DNA of 63,893 nt, filler included, from Folioceros fuciformis (GCA_049999805.1; 6 parts of 6 records of this genome joined end to end with filler, not necessarily neighbours in it), one strand, 5' to 3'; shown: positions 11,398-27,502, counted from the whole stretch's first letter. Numbers and translations are program-made. The notes: generated by a model from the sequence alone, not told the origin.

Positions 11398-14218
11398 ATG
11401 GGTAGTCGGGAAGATGAGGGAGAGCAACTTGATGAAGAAGTCAATATCAACAAGGATCCTATTGAGACCATATCAATGGTTGTCAATAATTATGGAGACA
11501 GCTTCAAAGAAAAGGACAGATTCAATGGCAAGGACTACAACGTATGGCGCCTGTGAATGAGGGGAGTATTGCGTAACTGTGACCCATGGGATATCGTTAG
11601 CGGACCCTTAGAGCGCCCAATTTGGGGTGCTGACAAAAAACGCACTTGGGATGCAAAGGATGAGAGAGCCCAGGATATGATTATCGGTGGTCTCTCTCTC
11701 CATATGGTACGACAAATCAACGAGGTAGGATCCTCCAAAGATATGTGGGACCACCTCGCACAATTATACTCCTCCAAGGATGTTATGAGTTTGATGATTG
11801 CTACTCGTCATTTCCATAACCTCAAGATGAAGGAATATGATATCATCGAACACCATATTAGTGCATTCCGAATGGCAAGATCCCAACTTGAAGTTGCTTC
11901 CAGCTCCAAGCTCTCCGAATTAACATGCTTTGTCGCATTATTATCCTCTCTTCCATCCTCCTATAGATCATTTGTGACAACTCAAAATGCTGTTTTAAGA
12001 ACAGCACAAAAAAATATGGATATGCACGAAACTTTAGACATAAGTGTAAATGAGTTGATTGGAGCACTGATACAAGAGGAATCAAGTCGATGCCTCGACT
12101 CATGAGCTCGCCGACAGCAGGTGATGTTCACAGGAAGGGGCATAGGAAGAGGTCGCGTTCAAAATCGTACTAGAGGACCTCCTTCCACAAGACCTACCAC
12201 TTCCTCTCAAGGCTTCTCTAAAGGAGCTTCTCCGTCTTCTTCCACAACTATAAGAGGTAATAAAAAGATAGGAATTATTTGCAATTGGTGCAGAATCCCA
12301 AATCACATGGAGAAGGATTGCAGAAAGAAGAAAAACGATGAGCCTAGGAAAGAGGCCCCACTTGGCGTACATGTTGCTGTGAAGAAACCATCTTCCTCAA
12401 CCCCTTCTGCACTTACAGTAAGTATGTTTGGCATCTTCCCAGCCTACTAATCAATACTGGTACCTTGACAGCGGAGCTACCTCACACATCTGTTATGACA
12501 AAGACTCCTTTGAGTCCTACTCCCCAACCACTGGACACTAGTCTGTCCTCTTGGGTGATGATCACAACCTCCCAATAATTGGAGCATGTTTATATGTTTC
12601 ACAGGTTAGACTCTACACTTACGTCATGTCCTTCATGTACCAGCCATGTGTAAAAATATAGTCTCTGCCTCTAGTTTATGTTATCAACACAGTATGCAAG
12701 TCATACTTTACGCAGATAGTTGTCTTATTTCATATACCTCCAATAAGTCACATATCATCTGCATAGGCACACTAAAAGAAGGGTTATACAAACTTTCAGT
12801 TAAAGTGGGTCCTACACATTCTATCAATGTAGCATCCTCTAATTCTGCATCACTTAACCACACAATATTGTAGCACTGTCGTCTTGGTCATCCAAACAGC
12901 CAAAAATTAGTACAAAAGTCTAAGGCAAGAAACTTATATCGTACATCCTGCCTCTCTCAAATTCAACACCTATCATGGTGTGAGACTTGTGTCATTACTA
13001 AGAGACATCAAGCTCCCTTTAAGAATTCCTCTCCACAGAGGGCAAAATGTCCTCTAGAGATTGTTCGTACAGACATTTGTGGCCCTATGATAGCTCTACA
13101 CCTTCATTTAGTGGTAGCAGATATTTTATGGCCTTCGTCGACGACTACTCTAGGTTTACTCTCACCTACATTTTAAGTCATAAAGGACATGTTTATCGTT
13201 ATTTCCAAGACTATATGGCATGGGCAGAGAGATCGACGGAGAAGAAACTCAAAACCTTACGTTCCGACAATGGTGGCGAGTTTACCTGCAAACAATTTGA
13301 GGATTTTTGTCGCCTTCGCGGTATTGCTCAACAACTCACTGTTGTTTATACTCTTGAACAAAATGGTGTAGCAGAGAATAAGAATCTACACCTTCAAGAG
13401 ATTATTGGTTGCTTGTTAAATCAAGCAAAGTTACCCAAAGTGTATTGGGCCGAGGCACTCCTCACAGCCACATATCTCATGAATCAACTGCCCACTTCAA
13501 CAGTCCAAGGTATGACACCTTATGAAACTTTTATAGACAAAAAGCCTTCTATAGAACATCTCTTTATTTTTTGATCTCCGGCATATGTTTTTGTCCCAAA
13601 AGCATTAAGAAGAAAGTTTGATCCAAAGGCAGTAAGATATACCTTTATTGGCTATTCAAAAGGAATCAAGGGTTATAAATTGTTTGATCCTTCCACTAAG
13701 AGGCTTCTTTATGCTCGCAGTGTTACCTTTCATGAAAATTCCATGTTTTCACCTTTAGTGGGAGATGTTCTACCTACTCACTCTTCATCTGAAGATATAG
13801 AATCTGAATGTTCTTCTTTTGATACAAGTGACTATATTGTGGATTTTCCTAATCCTACCCTTCAACTTCTCTTTGATAGACCTATCATGCAAGAGGAGGA
13901 TTTGGGCCCTGTATTGCGTCCCGATTCACCTACATAAGATATTGAGGAACCTCAACACCTTGAGGATATCCCTTATGATCAGGATGAACCTCAGGATGTT
14001 TCTTTTGATACAGGCGAACCTAATGGTGACTCTGAGTAGGACTCAACGGACTCAATGCCTTGTGAAGATGTAGAAAATGAGCAACCTACACACTTACGAA
14101 AAGAAAAGACTTACGTACTTGGCGTCAATATTATTAGAGACAGAAGCCATAAAAGTTTAAGCGTTATTCAAACAAAATATATAAAGGAAAGCTTAATCAA
14201 GTTTGGACTAGGAGATGC
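11398..14218 (+). pseudogene. Copia gag-pol polyprotein pseudogene
   Basis: Gag, protease and integrase motifs carry in-frame stops (e.g. TGA 11554, 12103) and frameshifts. Most of RT/RNaseH is missing. Confidence 0.9.
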
Positions 14219-14501
14219 TGTGGAGGCAAAACCCCAGGCACTGATTGCCGACGGGTTCCACCTTTAGTGGCCACACTTATCCCATTGTCGTTGAGACATT
14301 GGGTTCCGTTCCCACGAAGGAGCGATGGGGTTCCTTGCTGCTGTGGAAGGAGGGTCGGACTCAATCGACTCAGTGATGGATTCGAGGGCTCCCCTCGAGC
14401 TCCAATCAGGCGTAGGACAAGCCTCATTGTCCAGCGGTCAGCTGCACCTCTATGGGTGCCCACAAACTCACTCCAGTCACTACAACGACCCTAACCTCTC
14501 A
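14219..14501 (+). mobile_element. LTR-like repeat, copy 2, nested in the RT of Copia B
   Basis: RT homology stops abruptly at TGTGGAGGCAAAACCCC, and the following sequence is homologous to 6051 onward. Confidence 0.65.
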
Positions 14502-14601
14502 NNNNNNNNNNNNNNNNNNNNNNNNNNNNNNNNNNNNNNNNNNNNTTAATTAATTAANNNNNNNNNNNNNNNNNNNNNNNNNNNNNNNNNNNNNNNNNNN
14601 N
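14502..14601. other. Artificial contig spacer
   Basis: N44 + TTAATTAATTAA (stops in all six frames) + N44. Confidence 0.98.
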
Positions 14602-16221
14602 AGATGGCGTCACGGAGTACGAGAGGCAGAGGGCCGCTAACATTCGGCGCAATTTTGAGATTCTTGTCAGCCTGGGGATAGAGGCAGCCAAGACTGAGAT
14701 GGAGCAGACTCGAAGGAACGGTGCAGCTCCTCGGGTGAGGAAGGAAGCCAAGCCTAGGCTTCCAGTTCGGAGGAGCGCCAGGGTGCAGGCCAGGGGATGC
14801 GGGGCCGCTGTTGCAAAGGATGCTGAAGCGGATGGTGTGAAAGACGGGGACGAGGAGGAGGAGGAGAACGAAGATGAGGAGGAGGGTGAAGAGAAGGAGG
14901 TTGTGTACGATGAGTCGTCCGTTGTTCGGTACACTTGTGGCTGGAGGTCAACTTACGGTGCAGGAGTGGCTAGGACTGAAGGCGAGAGTGGAACCTCTGG
15001 CGCCGGCCGTGTGGAGGATGTCGCGGGGATTGCTGCGGAAAGAAAGATTTTTGGATTCCAGCTCGGGGCGGAAAATTATGTTGATTCTGCCCTGACTAGG
15101 ATATACACGATGGATGTACTCTTCTCCCGCGGTGAGCAGCAGGCATTGCTGCTTGCTGCTGCTGGACACCAAGGCCGGATCGCCGTATTTGGATCAGGCG
15201 TGCCCATACCGGGAGAGGAGAGGGAGGAAGAGGTCTCGCCATTATTGTCCTGGAAAGGAGGTGCAGGATGGATATCTCATGTTCAGTTTCTATCTAGGCA
15301 ACCGGTGAGTTTCTTTCTGGTCCCACTTTTCATGTGTTGCCCCTTGAGCTCTGTTCTAACATTGGTAGAAATGCCGTCAGGGTGATGCAACTCTGTTGTT
15401 GTCCAGCTCCAATGATCGAAGAGTTGTGCTGTGGGACATCAATAAGCAGCAAGAAGACCTTCCTCGTGTGGTTGCTGCAACTACGGAGCTCCATGACGGT
15501 GGCATCTTTTCCATGCATGAGTTCCTAGGCCAGATTGCAACTTGCTCCAAAGACTCATCAGTATCTATTGCTGTTCTTACGGCTGGCACATTCGAGAGAA
15601 AGAGATCGATGTCCGGTTTCATTTACGGCCCTGTGAAAGGAATCCGCTTCAGGTACGTACTCACTGTTGGCGATGTCACTGACGCAGATATGTGTGTTTC
15701 TTAATGTCTCACGAAGTTTTCCTGGCTTCAGGGATTGCAACGTCCTGGCAGCATGTGGATCCCAAGGACGCATCTGTCTGCTGGATTTGCGTGAAAGCGA
15801 TGCCTGTGTGCAAACTATGGATTCATCTCACTCGACAGCGGTCAATGTGGTGGAATGGAACTCGTGGGACTCCAACTTGTTGCTTTCAGCCAGCAACGAC
15901 CTCAAGATTCTGATTCACGACGTTAGAAGCCCCGCAACTCCTCTTCACAAGCTCTCGGGACACGTTCACCCCAGCCTGACCAGGTGCAAGAGTATCTACC
16001 GGCCTGCATTTTGCCACTACGGTAAGGCAGTAGCGACCCCTGGGGAACGCTCCGACCTGATATCCCTGTACTCAGCGACCTCGGGTCAGGCGATCAGCCG
16101 GGGCCATATTGGATACAACCCAACCATGGTTATGTCCACCTGTGAGGAAAGCGGACGGCAACTATTGTGGGTCGCAGGCAGGTCTGTTTCCCCTTTCTTC
16201 CCTCTTCTTTCAGAACAATAG
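14602..16221 (+). CDS. WD40-repeat protein, WDR76/CMR1-like; 5'-partial; exons <14602-15304, 15381-15652, 15732-16221
   Basis: N-terminal VTEYERQRAANIRRNFEILVSLGI motif, acidic tract, WD repeats (SSSNDRRVVLWD; SASNDLKILIHD). GT-AG introns keep the frame. Confidence 0.85.
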
Positions 16222-16839
16222 ACTGTACTCCTTGTACTGAATATTAGACACCTCCGCACTGAGCACAAACTGCGACAACTACAAACCTTGTAGTCTTTTG
16301 GAAACATGTAATGACTTGCTCCGATCGTTTTATCATTTCAAACCTAACTTCACACATGCACGACGCCGCATTCTTTCTGTGGAAACCGAAATGAAATTTG
16401 TCTCAAATGAAGTCGGAGGTTATAAACCTGTCGCGACTCCCTGGTCTTGGTTCTTCTCTCTCATCTCTCCACTCCCGAGTCCTTATTATCGGGACCTTCT
16501 GACATGTTTTGCTTTGGTTCCAGCGGACTGCTCTTCAGAAGCTCGTCGCCGCCGCGGCGTTGAATTTCGCCACTGCAGTCCAGGTGACCCAATCTCCTCT
16601 CGTCTTCAGATCGATGCGTGTAGCGCAGTACCGTCGCAGCGTCGTCGCCCAATTGTTCTCTTTTTCTCTGTAGAGCGAACGATCTTATCACTGCATGGAA
16701 GAAGCGCGGATCATAAGGACCCCGTGATCTGTGCTTCTACATGCACTGATAACTGTAGGACCATCTGGTATGCTCAATATCCTACTTCGCTTCCTGCAGT
16801 ACTTTCGTTTTCAGAGGATTTCGTTGCTCTGCATCCAGG

Positions 16840-19514
<2,675 letters not shown>

Positions 19515-20177
19515 GATGCCGATTGCTTTTGCCATGTTGCAATTGCAACTCAGCAAATGAACATGTTTTTTTAGCGAGGCTTTTGCTCCTTTTTGCAAGG
19601 TTGCCTGCTCGTGCAGATGAGGTGTAACCTTCACGAAAGTATTTCGCGGGTTGAGGCAGATCGGATATTAGACTAAGTAGAGTTTGGTTTCTGGCAGGAA
19701 TCATGGGCCTGGAATATTAGCGCACCTGTAAATCGTTGCAACAGTCGTGCAATGTATGTAGAGTAGTGGAAATTTGTGGTGGAGGTAGTGCGTAACTGTG
19801 GTTGTACGATGGTTGTACGGTGAGACCGAGGTGACAGAAATACGTACAATTGTTGGGTTTTGGCAATCTTTGTACAGAAGTTCAAACGAAATTTCCGCGA
19901 ATATTTATCTGTGTTTATGTATGTATTTACTGATGACTCAGAATAACCAGAATTTTTAGTCGTACTTCTACCAAAATTCAAGGTTCTGAGGAAGCCCACA
20001 AATAGTCTTCTGCAAGACTCTATTACAATGCCCGAGAAGGAGTAAGCTCCTCTAACCCTCCTACATCTGAGGACAACATTCTTTCTCAACAAGCCAATTG
20101 CAGGAGTCCCAGAAAGTAGACTTGACAGGAAAGCAAGTTACATGCTCGCCGACAATTCAACTGTCAGATCACGAAGC

Positions 20178-20867
20178 TCACGAGACTTGAATGTCGATGA
20201 CCTTCTTAGGATCAGCCTTCGCTTTTTTCGGCACAGTTACATCCAGAACACCATTCTTGAGCTCTGCCTTGACGTGGTCGAGCACTGCATTCTCGGGCAA
20301 CTTCAGTCGAGCGAAGTAAGTGCTGGCTCCCCTCCGTGACTTCCACTTCGTTTCACCCTCAGAATGCTCTGCTTGGATGACGAGTTCATTCTCTTCGACG
20401 CTGACCTTCACTTCGTCCTTACTCAAACCAGGGAGATCAACTCGCAAGTGGAAACCTTCATTGTCTTCAACCACGTCCCAAGGCGTCCGAGCGACAGTTC
20501 GCGGGACTGCGACGTTTGCTGCTCGAGGCGCGAACAAAGTCGGCTCCTCGAAAATGCCATCCACGGTTTCCAACAACTGCCTCAGATTCCTGGTCGGCAA
20601 GAACGGATGCCACAGATCGAGCAGGCCGAAAGGCGAAACCGCGCCGCGACCGACAGCCCGCGCCGCATTCCTCTGATCTTCAACGTTGCGTTCAACTTCG
20701 GTCTCTTGCGAGACTTCTTTCGCCGCCGACGTAGCCATGGCGCGACAAGTGCCAGTCTCTCCTTTCCTCAAGCCCTTGGTGATTCCATTAGCGCTGAAGC
20801 ATGACTTCAGGCTGGGCAGCCCGCCCGCCAATTTCCGTGACAACAATCTGTTGGCCATGAGCACCAA
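20178..20867 (-). CDS. Organellar (mitochondrial/plastid) small heat-shock protein, HSP20 family, intronless
   Basis: Basic N-terminal transit peptide, PFGLLDLWHPF..RNLRQLLETVD, alpha-crystallin domain RTPWDV...VDLPGLSKDEVKVSVE...AELKNGVLDVTVPK. Confidence 0.93.
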   Translation of the reverse strand: MVLMANRLLSRKLAGGLPSLKSCFSANGITKGLRKGETGTCRAMATSAAKEVSQETEVERNVEDQRNAARAVGRGAVSPFGLLDLWHPFLPTRNLRQLLETVDGIFEEPTLFAPRAANVAVPRTVARTPWDVVEDNEGFHLRVDLPGLSKDEVKVSVEENELVIQAEHSEGETKWKSRRGASTYFARLKLPENAVLDHVKAELKNGVLDVTVPKKAKADPKKVIDIQVS

Positions 20868-21316
20868 ATCTCTCCAACAACGAGATGGAAACGCCGACAG
20901 TCACAATTCTCGAGAAAGCAGAGGCCTCAAAGCAAGATATATCTACAATCTCAAAGCACAAGAAAGCAGGGGTTTCAAAGCTGTATGACAGTCACACCGC
21001 GCAAGAACGTAGATGCCTCAAGGCTGGACGTGCAACAAGAGAGAATTCATAGAGTGAAAGAGAAAGCTAGTGCAGAACTCTGCTAGACTGAAGGGTTGCT
21101 TGAGCAAATATATGCTTGAGGCGCACGCCATCTAGAAGCCACTAGGACTGGCAACGGCGACGGAGAAGGGTCCGAATTAACTGGATGATTCTGGGACGTT
21201 CCGTTAGAAACAGGAACACGCAATTACGAACGTGCGAAGTTGCAAGAGGAACTTCCAGTAGCACATATGATTTCGAAACGGTTCGGGATGTTTCCAGAAT
21301 GTCTGTGCCTTCTTAT

Positions 21317-24300
21317 CTAACCAGCTTCATTATCGCCGTCACAGTTGCTTTCTAATGAAAGCCGCAGGTATTTACTTTGCGGCGGACAACTTATCAGGGG
21401 GAATGTAGGGGCCAGTGAACAGCGGGCTCCTTGGATCTGTAGGAATAAAAGGGCAGCACTACAAGTGACTAATCTTGTTTTCAAGCCGCTTGCATCGCTT
21501 TCTTTCAAGAAAAAAACGGAAGGGTGGGTACCTTCGGGTATTGGAACATATTTATCATCAAGAGAGCTGAGCATGAATTCTCCGCCATCTTTCTCTCCTT
21601 TGAATTGGCAGATGGTTTCAAACCATCTGTAGAAGGATAGAAGCAGCTTCTTCTTGCTGTCTTGCATCTGCAAATTCGATGGACGCCTTGTTCAATGGAC
21701 ACAGCCTTAATGGATGTGAGCACCTTTTCGGTCATGGAGCGAGTACCAACCTCTTTGCGAAGCACCTCAATTTCGCCTTTCGTTTCCTTCAGTTCACTCA
21801 AGTCCCTAACGTAGGATGCTTTCAAAAACTTGTACCTGCATGAAGAGGGAGCACGGGTACTCAGATGCTCCATATTCGCGATAGTAAGCCATAACCTGAA
21901 TCTGGAAGTAAAGATGATTTTCCTTTCACAGACCTTTGCATCATCTTGATTGTTTCCTCACTGATGAATGGATCCGCCTGAGGAGACTCAGGCGCCCCAG
22001 CCTCTCCTGTCGGTGCAACAACTCCGCCCTTTGGCTCTTTCCCCAGTGCACCAGACGCACCCTTTGACGAAGTAACTTTCCCTTTAGGCTCTCCCTTCGG
22101 TGCAACAGCTTTTCCCTTACCCTTGGGTGGGGAAGGATCCTTCGGCCCACTGCTTTCCGCAGCTTCTTTGGCAGCTTTTTCAGCTGCTTGTTTGAGTTCC
22201 AGAATTCTTTGATTCTCAGCGATAAGAAGTTTCTATGAGAACAGGAAGATTTCAGTTGCTGGAAGATTGTTGCGTTTGATGTACAGGCAGGTCTTTAATG
22301 CCACTATTTGGGTCAGCAACAATGCCGATGTTTGTCTTACTCTCAGCTCTTCTATCTCCAGCTTGTAACCGTTCACGGAGTTGGAAAGGTCGCGTGCGTG
22401 ACGACGTTTTTGCCTGTGCATCATGGAACACAGTTAGAGGGGTTGCAGAATGTATGGGTGATCCAGATTCACAGGGCAGTGAAGTACACACCTGATTTCA
22501 TCATGCTTATTTTTCATATACGTGTCCTGGTCGATGCCATCTGTTGTGGCGTGCTTATACTCGGTGAAGGCCTGAGAGTAAATGATACGAGATATGACTG
22601 ACAAGTAGCAGAAATGCACAGAGGTGTCAAAAAGTGGAGCCTTGAGGACTTACAGCACATCTCCCTTTGCTGCCTTCTGCCCAAATGCAAGCTGGCACCT
22701 TTGCTGGGTCAAATTCTGGTTCCCGGAGCACACCAAGCAGATCATCTGGATGAGGTTCTTGGCGTGTAGTCACAGGAGAGACAGGGCGTGCGCCTGGTGG
22801 TGCTAAACCAATGTCCAGACCCTGCACAGACCAGCTCGTCTCAGGACAGGGGACCCACTGTTATAAACCTTTGAAACGATGAACCTCCTTTTGCAGGTTG
22901 GAGAAGGACATACGAAAGGAGCGAGTAGACCAACAGCGAGTGGTCCATCACAAGGGTCAGAAAATGGCTCTTCTTCAGGGGGAGCTAAAGCTGGATCACC
23001 TTTGAAGCCAACCAACATCTTTTCAAGCTGCAAATGGAAGACGTGGTCAGACAAGTGAACAAAACCTTCTCATTGTGCAGTTTCTGTCGGCAAGGGGAGC
23101 TGTATGTAACAATACCTCAGCACGGAGAGAAAGCTGGGCCTCCTTGAACAAACTGAATAATTCTTTCACCTGAGCACGTATCCACCCGTGTCACGAATTT
23201 CGAAAGAGTGACCCATAAGCCATGACAGAAAACTGCCAGGGTCATTCTCATTGGAGACATCCACCTGAAGGAGAACCAATTTCCTGACTTGACACAGACC
23301 GAAGGAACAGGCAATTTGGAAGTTTTCAGAGACCTGTTTGATGTTCACAACAGGAACACTATCAATATCTGCGTCCTCCGTAAGATAAGCATTAATCTTC
23401 TCCTTAAGTTCCTCTCTCTGATCCTCCCTGTTCCCAAGTAGAATCAATGAAAGACGGAGAACAGATGATAACAAACTCTCTCGCCTCAGAGATTTCTAAC
23501 CCAAATTTCTGCTAAAAACGTACGTGAGATCATCGTACGAAATGTTTGTCCTGCCAGAGAGCGCATCCCTGAGTGCCAATTCTTGTTTGAGCTCAGTTAT
23601 TTGCCTGACGTACCTCCTGCAGCCGTGAACGCGTTGTTTAGAAGTGCCCACATACTTTACCATGAAAAAGCACTTGGTTCTTGCTAATTTCCATGACCAT
23701 GAAACCTCTCCACTGCAGCTGTCGTCCACTTCTTATTCAATACTGGTATCGTTTTCAAAAATCTCACACGCTGAGCAAACCTGCAAGTACTGATCTGCAT
23801 GACAACTTCAGTAAATGAAAAAGGTACACAAGGCAGGGCAACTAGGTCGCAACTGTTTCGTGGTGGGTATGAGCTCACTGTCTCGTCCAAGCAAAAGTCC
23901 TCACTCCATGCACAGGCAATCATAATCGTCTTACAATTGCCCCCGAGTGAATCCCGGAGGACTGTGGTCAGCGGGCTTTGTCGATAAGGTATATGCTCGA
24001 ATGAGCTCAACCTCAACGCCCATATGGTCTGTAAATCCAAAGGCGAGGCGCTTCAAAGCAACAACCACGTTAGCTAACCTGCATCCAACTCCATGAAGAA
24101 CAAAACCTGTAGCCCTGCATTTACCTGTTCGAGGAATGATAAAGACTTGTTGATGCAGGTGACCTCCCTCAACGACTTCCCTTCAGGCTTTATTTTTTTG
24201 GTTCTTTCTGTGCCCGCTAGATCTACCAGGTTGAGCTTTGCAACTGTCGTTTCTTGAAACATCCGCGGCCCAGTGTGACGCTCAATATACAAAGTGAAGA

Positions 24301-25401
24301 TACAGTGTGATCTGCTGGAATTCTGAGAAAGTGTAAAATGCCAAAAATTACTGAAATCGTCATTTTCTCCCTCTGCCACCATATCTGCTGCATCCGTTGA
24401 TGTCATGTGCGAGTATCACCGTCTACAATCTACCAGGCATGGTGATCTTCAAATGCTCGAAGGAAAAGAACGCCACGAACCTCATTGAGGATGTGTGCAG
24501 CATTGCACCTGTGCTTCTCTCCCTCAAAAAAGAATGCAAGAGCTTCCTCCGCATTATGACATTTGATCTTATTCGCCCCTCGCAATTCTTGATGACCCTC
24601 GAAGTCTTCAAGGAGCTGAACAACACGGCCAGATATTCCAGGTGGCTTGGCAAGCAGATCATATACTCCCTGCAGCGATTTGCAAGGGTCAGCTCATGAG
24701 ATAATGGACACACAGTGGCAACTGTTACAGATTTGGCAACCAAGCGGTGAAACCAACATGCAGACCTCATTGTAGATCTCCAGGTATGAGACATAAATCA
24801 CGATCCTCTGTTGTGGCTTTGCTTCCTTCTCGGCATAGAGACGTTCTATAACACGAGGTGTAACACCCCGATACTCTCCTCCAAAAGGCTGCAACGTCAC
24901 ACAGGTTTTAGGATCATGGAACATGTGCAACAGACCCATTCACAGCGGTGCTCGAAACAGCAATAACCTTCGGATCGCCTGTCATGGTGAAGGTTTTGCC
25001 AGATCCTGTTTGCCCATATGCCATAATAGTCCCATTGAATCCGCATAAAGCTTCTTCCACCAGTCTCTTGCAGCAAATATCATAAATAGAACTTTGGCTG
25101 GTTGTCTGTGACAGGGGAAAGCTCCAGTGCTCAGCATACTTCTCTAGGTTAACCGTGGGCAAGAAAGTATGATGGTGCCAACCTGAATGACATGATCAAA
25201 AGGAAACACCATCTGGTCAGTATAATGTTTTGGAGCTCCGCCGGCATTGTATTTCTGCCAGTCAATCCGCACGGTGTTGGTTTTCTCATCAATGTGGATC
25301 GTCTTGGAAGGTCTTGCCGACGGTCTCAACCTAAGAAACACTTTGATACGGCAATCCGGCACCGTGAGGTTTGGCATCTTGGGACGACCGACGAACGGCA
25401 T
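21317..25401 (-). CDS. KIF9: Kinesin-9 family motor (KIF9/KLP1-like), multi-exon; ends approximate
   Basis: [87 protein letters not shown]. The neck [24 protein letters not shown] and the tail LLLSFYRWF are KIF9-like. Confidence 0.88.
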
Positions 25402-26169
25402 TTTGAATCCTTTGTGCGATCCCTTGGAGTAGCTCTGCTGGACTCAACCCCTGCAAAAAATGCTGTAAGGGGAAGGACAACTCTGTGGCCACATCATCCA
25501 GAGATTGCTCTTCAATTCTCCGCCCCAAGCCTGGACATCAGGACCACATCACCCGCGCACTGGCTTCCCATCTCCTCCGCAACTGGATGATCCAAACATT
25601 GCGCAAGACCCATCCAACAAACCCTACGACCCCAAGAGCACATGGGCATCATGCAGAAGGAAATACGCCGGTATCCTTCCAGCATCCAGACTCATCAGTG
25701 TGTGAGCTAATTCCCCAGTCCTGCAGAGACGGCACCCTCGGCACCGGCAGAAAAATCATGGTGCCCTGACGACTCCCAGCGGTAACAGCTGAAAACGTAG
25801 ATTTTTTAGAGGATGAAAAAGCAGACTCATCAAGTACGTCCAGCGGCAGTGTCTTGATGAGTAGAGCTCAAATTCTGGTGCTCTCAGGCAACCGCAGAGT
25901 TGGAAGTAAAGTAGTGTCCCGCTTTCTCAGATGGAACAAGCAGGAAGCGTCGTCTGATATGCTTTTTGAGTCAATTGTAACAGAGTGCGCTGTCCATAAA
26001 CTCGACCAGTCATCGGACGACGTGTCTCGTACTGCCTTGGGCTCCGCTTTGTTCGTCCTGATCGGACAACAGGATTACGCGGCTTAGAACAGAAAAGCTC
26101 TGAACATCGAGAGAAATCAAGGAACTCATCCCTCCTCGCTCACCGCGGTCCCAGGAATAGGTGAGTTCA

Positions 26170-27070
26170 GGGGCTCGTGGTGTTAGATCCTTCCGTTAGG
26201 AGGATAGGATTTCGTGGAGAAGTTTCTGTCCTGAGGTGAAGGTTTTGATGGAATTGAAAGGATAGAAGCCACCGAAGAACGCATAGAAAGTTGTGTGTGA
26301 TGACGAGATTAGTGCAGAACCAAGGACTGGAGTGGTATTTCAAGTATTTGCCGTTACGAATGCTTGTCGCTAACACATAATCTGTGTCCACAGGAGCACA
26401 AGAAGAAGAAGACCATTGCAATCCACTAGGACAGAACGCGCAAGGTGTGTCACCACTCCCGCTACGAAAAACATGTTCTCCGGCAGTCAAGAAATTTGAA
26501 CTCAAAGGGTCAAATTAAACCAAAGGCGGCGGCCTAGTTAACCATCCAGCGTCCATGACATTCTGCTCGAGGAAAGGAAATCAGCACATCCTCATCAGGT
26601 GTGAGGAGGCATCCTCCACAAGTGTGAGCAAGTGGAACACTTCACATTGCAGAGACGAGGGACGCCAGCCAACTGGAGCAAGCATCAACAACTTACTTTG
26701 TGCTTGGAAAAATTAATCTATCACTTATCAACTCAAAGTCCTCTTTACCCAGCAAGAGTTCACAATACTGATTCAAATAGCCACATGCTGCAGGTTTGTC
26801 ATTAAACTCCATAGCAAGGTATTCTTGAGAGCCCAAAACACTCTTCATGTTTCTGATTTCCACAGCATCTCCCTCGTAAACTTCATCTCCCATCTCTGTG
26901 AAGACTTCCATTTTGACACATTCGTTCACCACCGTCCTTTGTACATGCACAATCAATCGAATAAAGTATGCAGAATGAATACACCCTTCAATGATAGACT
27001 TTGGCTTCTTAAACAGGAGCTCTCTTATCTCCTTTGATCTTTGGGAGATGAAAACCTCTCTCGGACCCAT
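26170..27070 (-). CDS. Unidentified exon(s), possibly transposon-borne
   Basis: Open frame bounded by tttcag|ATG (27070) and |GTAAGT (~26695), with natural amino-acid composition, next to an AT-rich tandem-repeat region. Confidence 0.35.
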
Positions 27071-27502
27071 CTGAAAGATACACGCACTACCAAGTGTTAA
27101 AAAAAAAATCAAAACACATATCAAAGAAAAAAACTACACACCAAACACAAGTAAACACTAACTTGAAAGCTTGCTCTATGGCACTTCCAATGAACAACCT
27201 GTTACTCTACATATATAGGCTTGCATCTACCAATTTCGAAGCAAATCCACAAGTTATCAAAAATTTTCTACATGTGCAGATAAGTATTCCCTTCATAAAA
27301 TTTGTATTAAGAATAGCACCAAAGATAATCATGCAAGAATAAATTTTCATGACAATAAAGTGTACGATAAAAAAAACCATGCAAAAACCACATCTTTATG
27401 ATGTTCATCACACCTAATGCATGTTTTTTGTGCTTAAATGTGTTATTTTGTTTCACTTAACAAGATATGATTTATTAATCCAAAATTAGTTTTGATGGGA
27501 CC

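Larger units (their letters stand above)
10303..14218 (+). mobile_element. Ty1/Copia LTR retrotransposon B (degenerate, internally deleted)
   Basis: 5' LTR 10303-10661 bounded by TGATGA...TCATCA; PBS TGGTATCAGAGC 10662-10673; gag from 11398 (KDRFNGKDYNVW, zinc knuckle CNWCRIPNHMEKDC); protease WYLDSGATSHIC ~12460; HCRLGHP/CETC; integrase FVDDYSRF, LRSDNGGEF, EQNGVAE; RT scrap YVLGVNIIRDR. Domain order is Copia-type. Confidence 0.95.

Noticed and set aside
14502-14601. TTAATTAATTAA palindrome repeated five times in the window, flanked by Ns
   Set aside because: Identical 100-bp construct each time, with stops in six frames. It is an assembly/concatenation spacer, not biology. Gene neighbourhoods across spacers were not interpreted.
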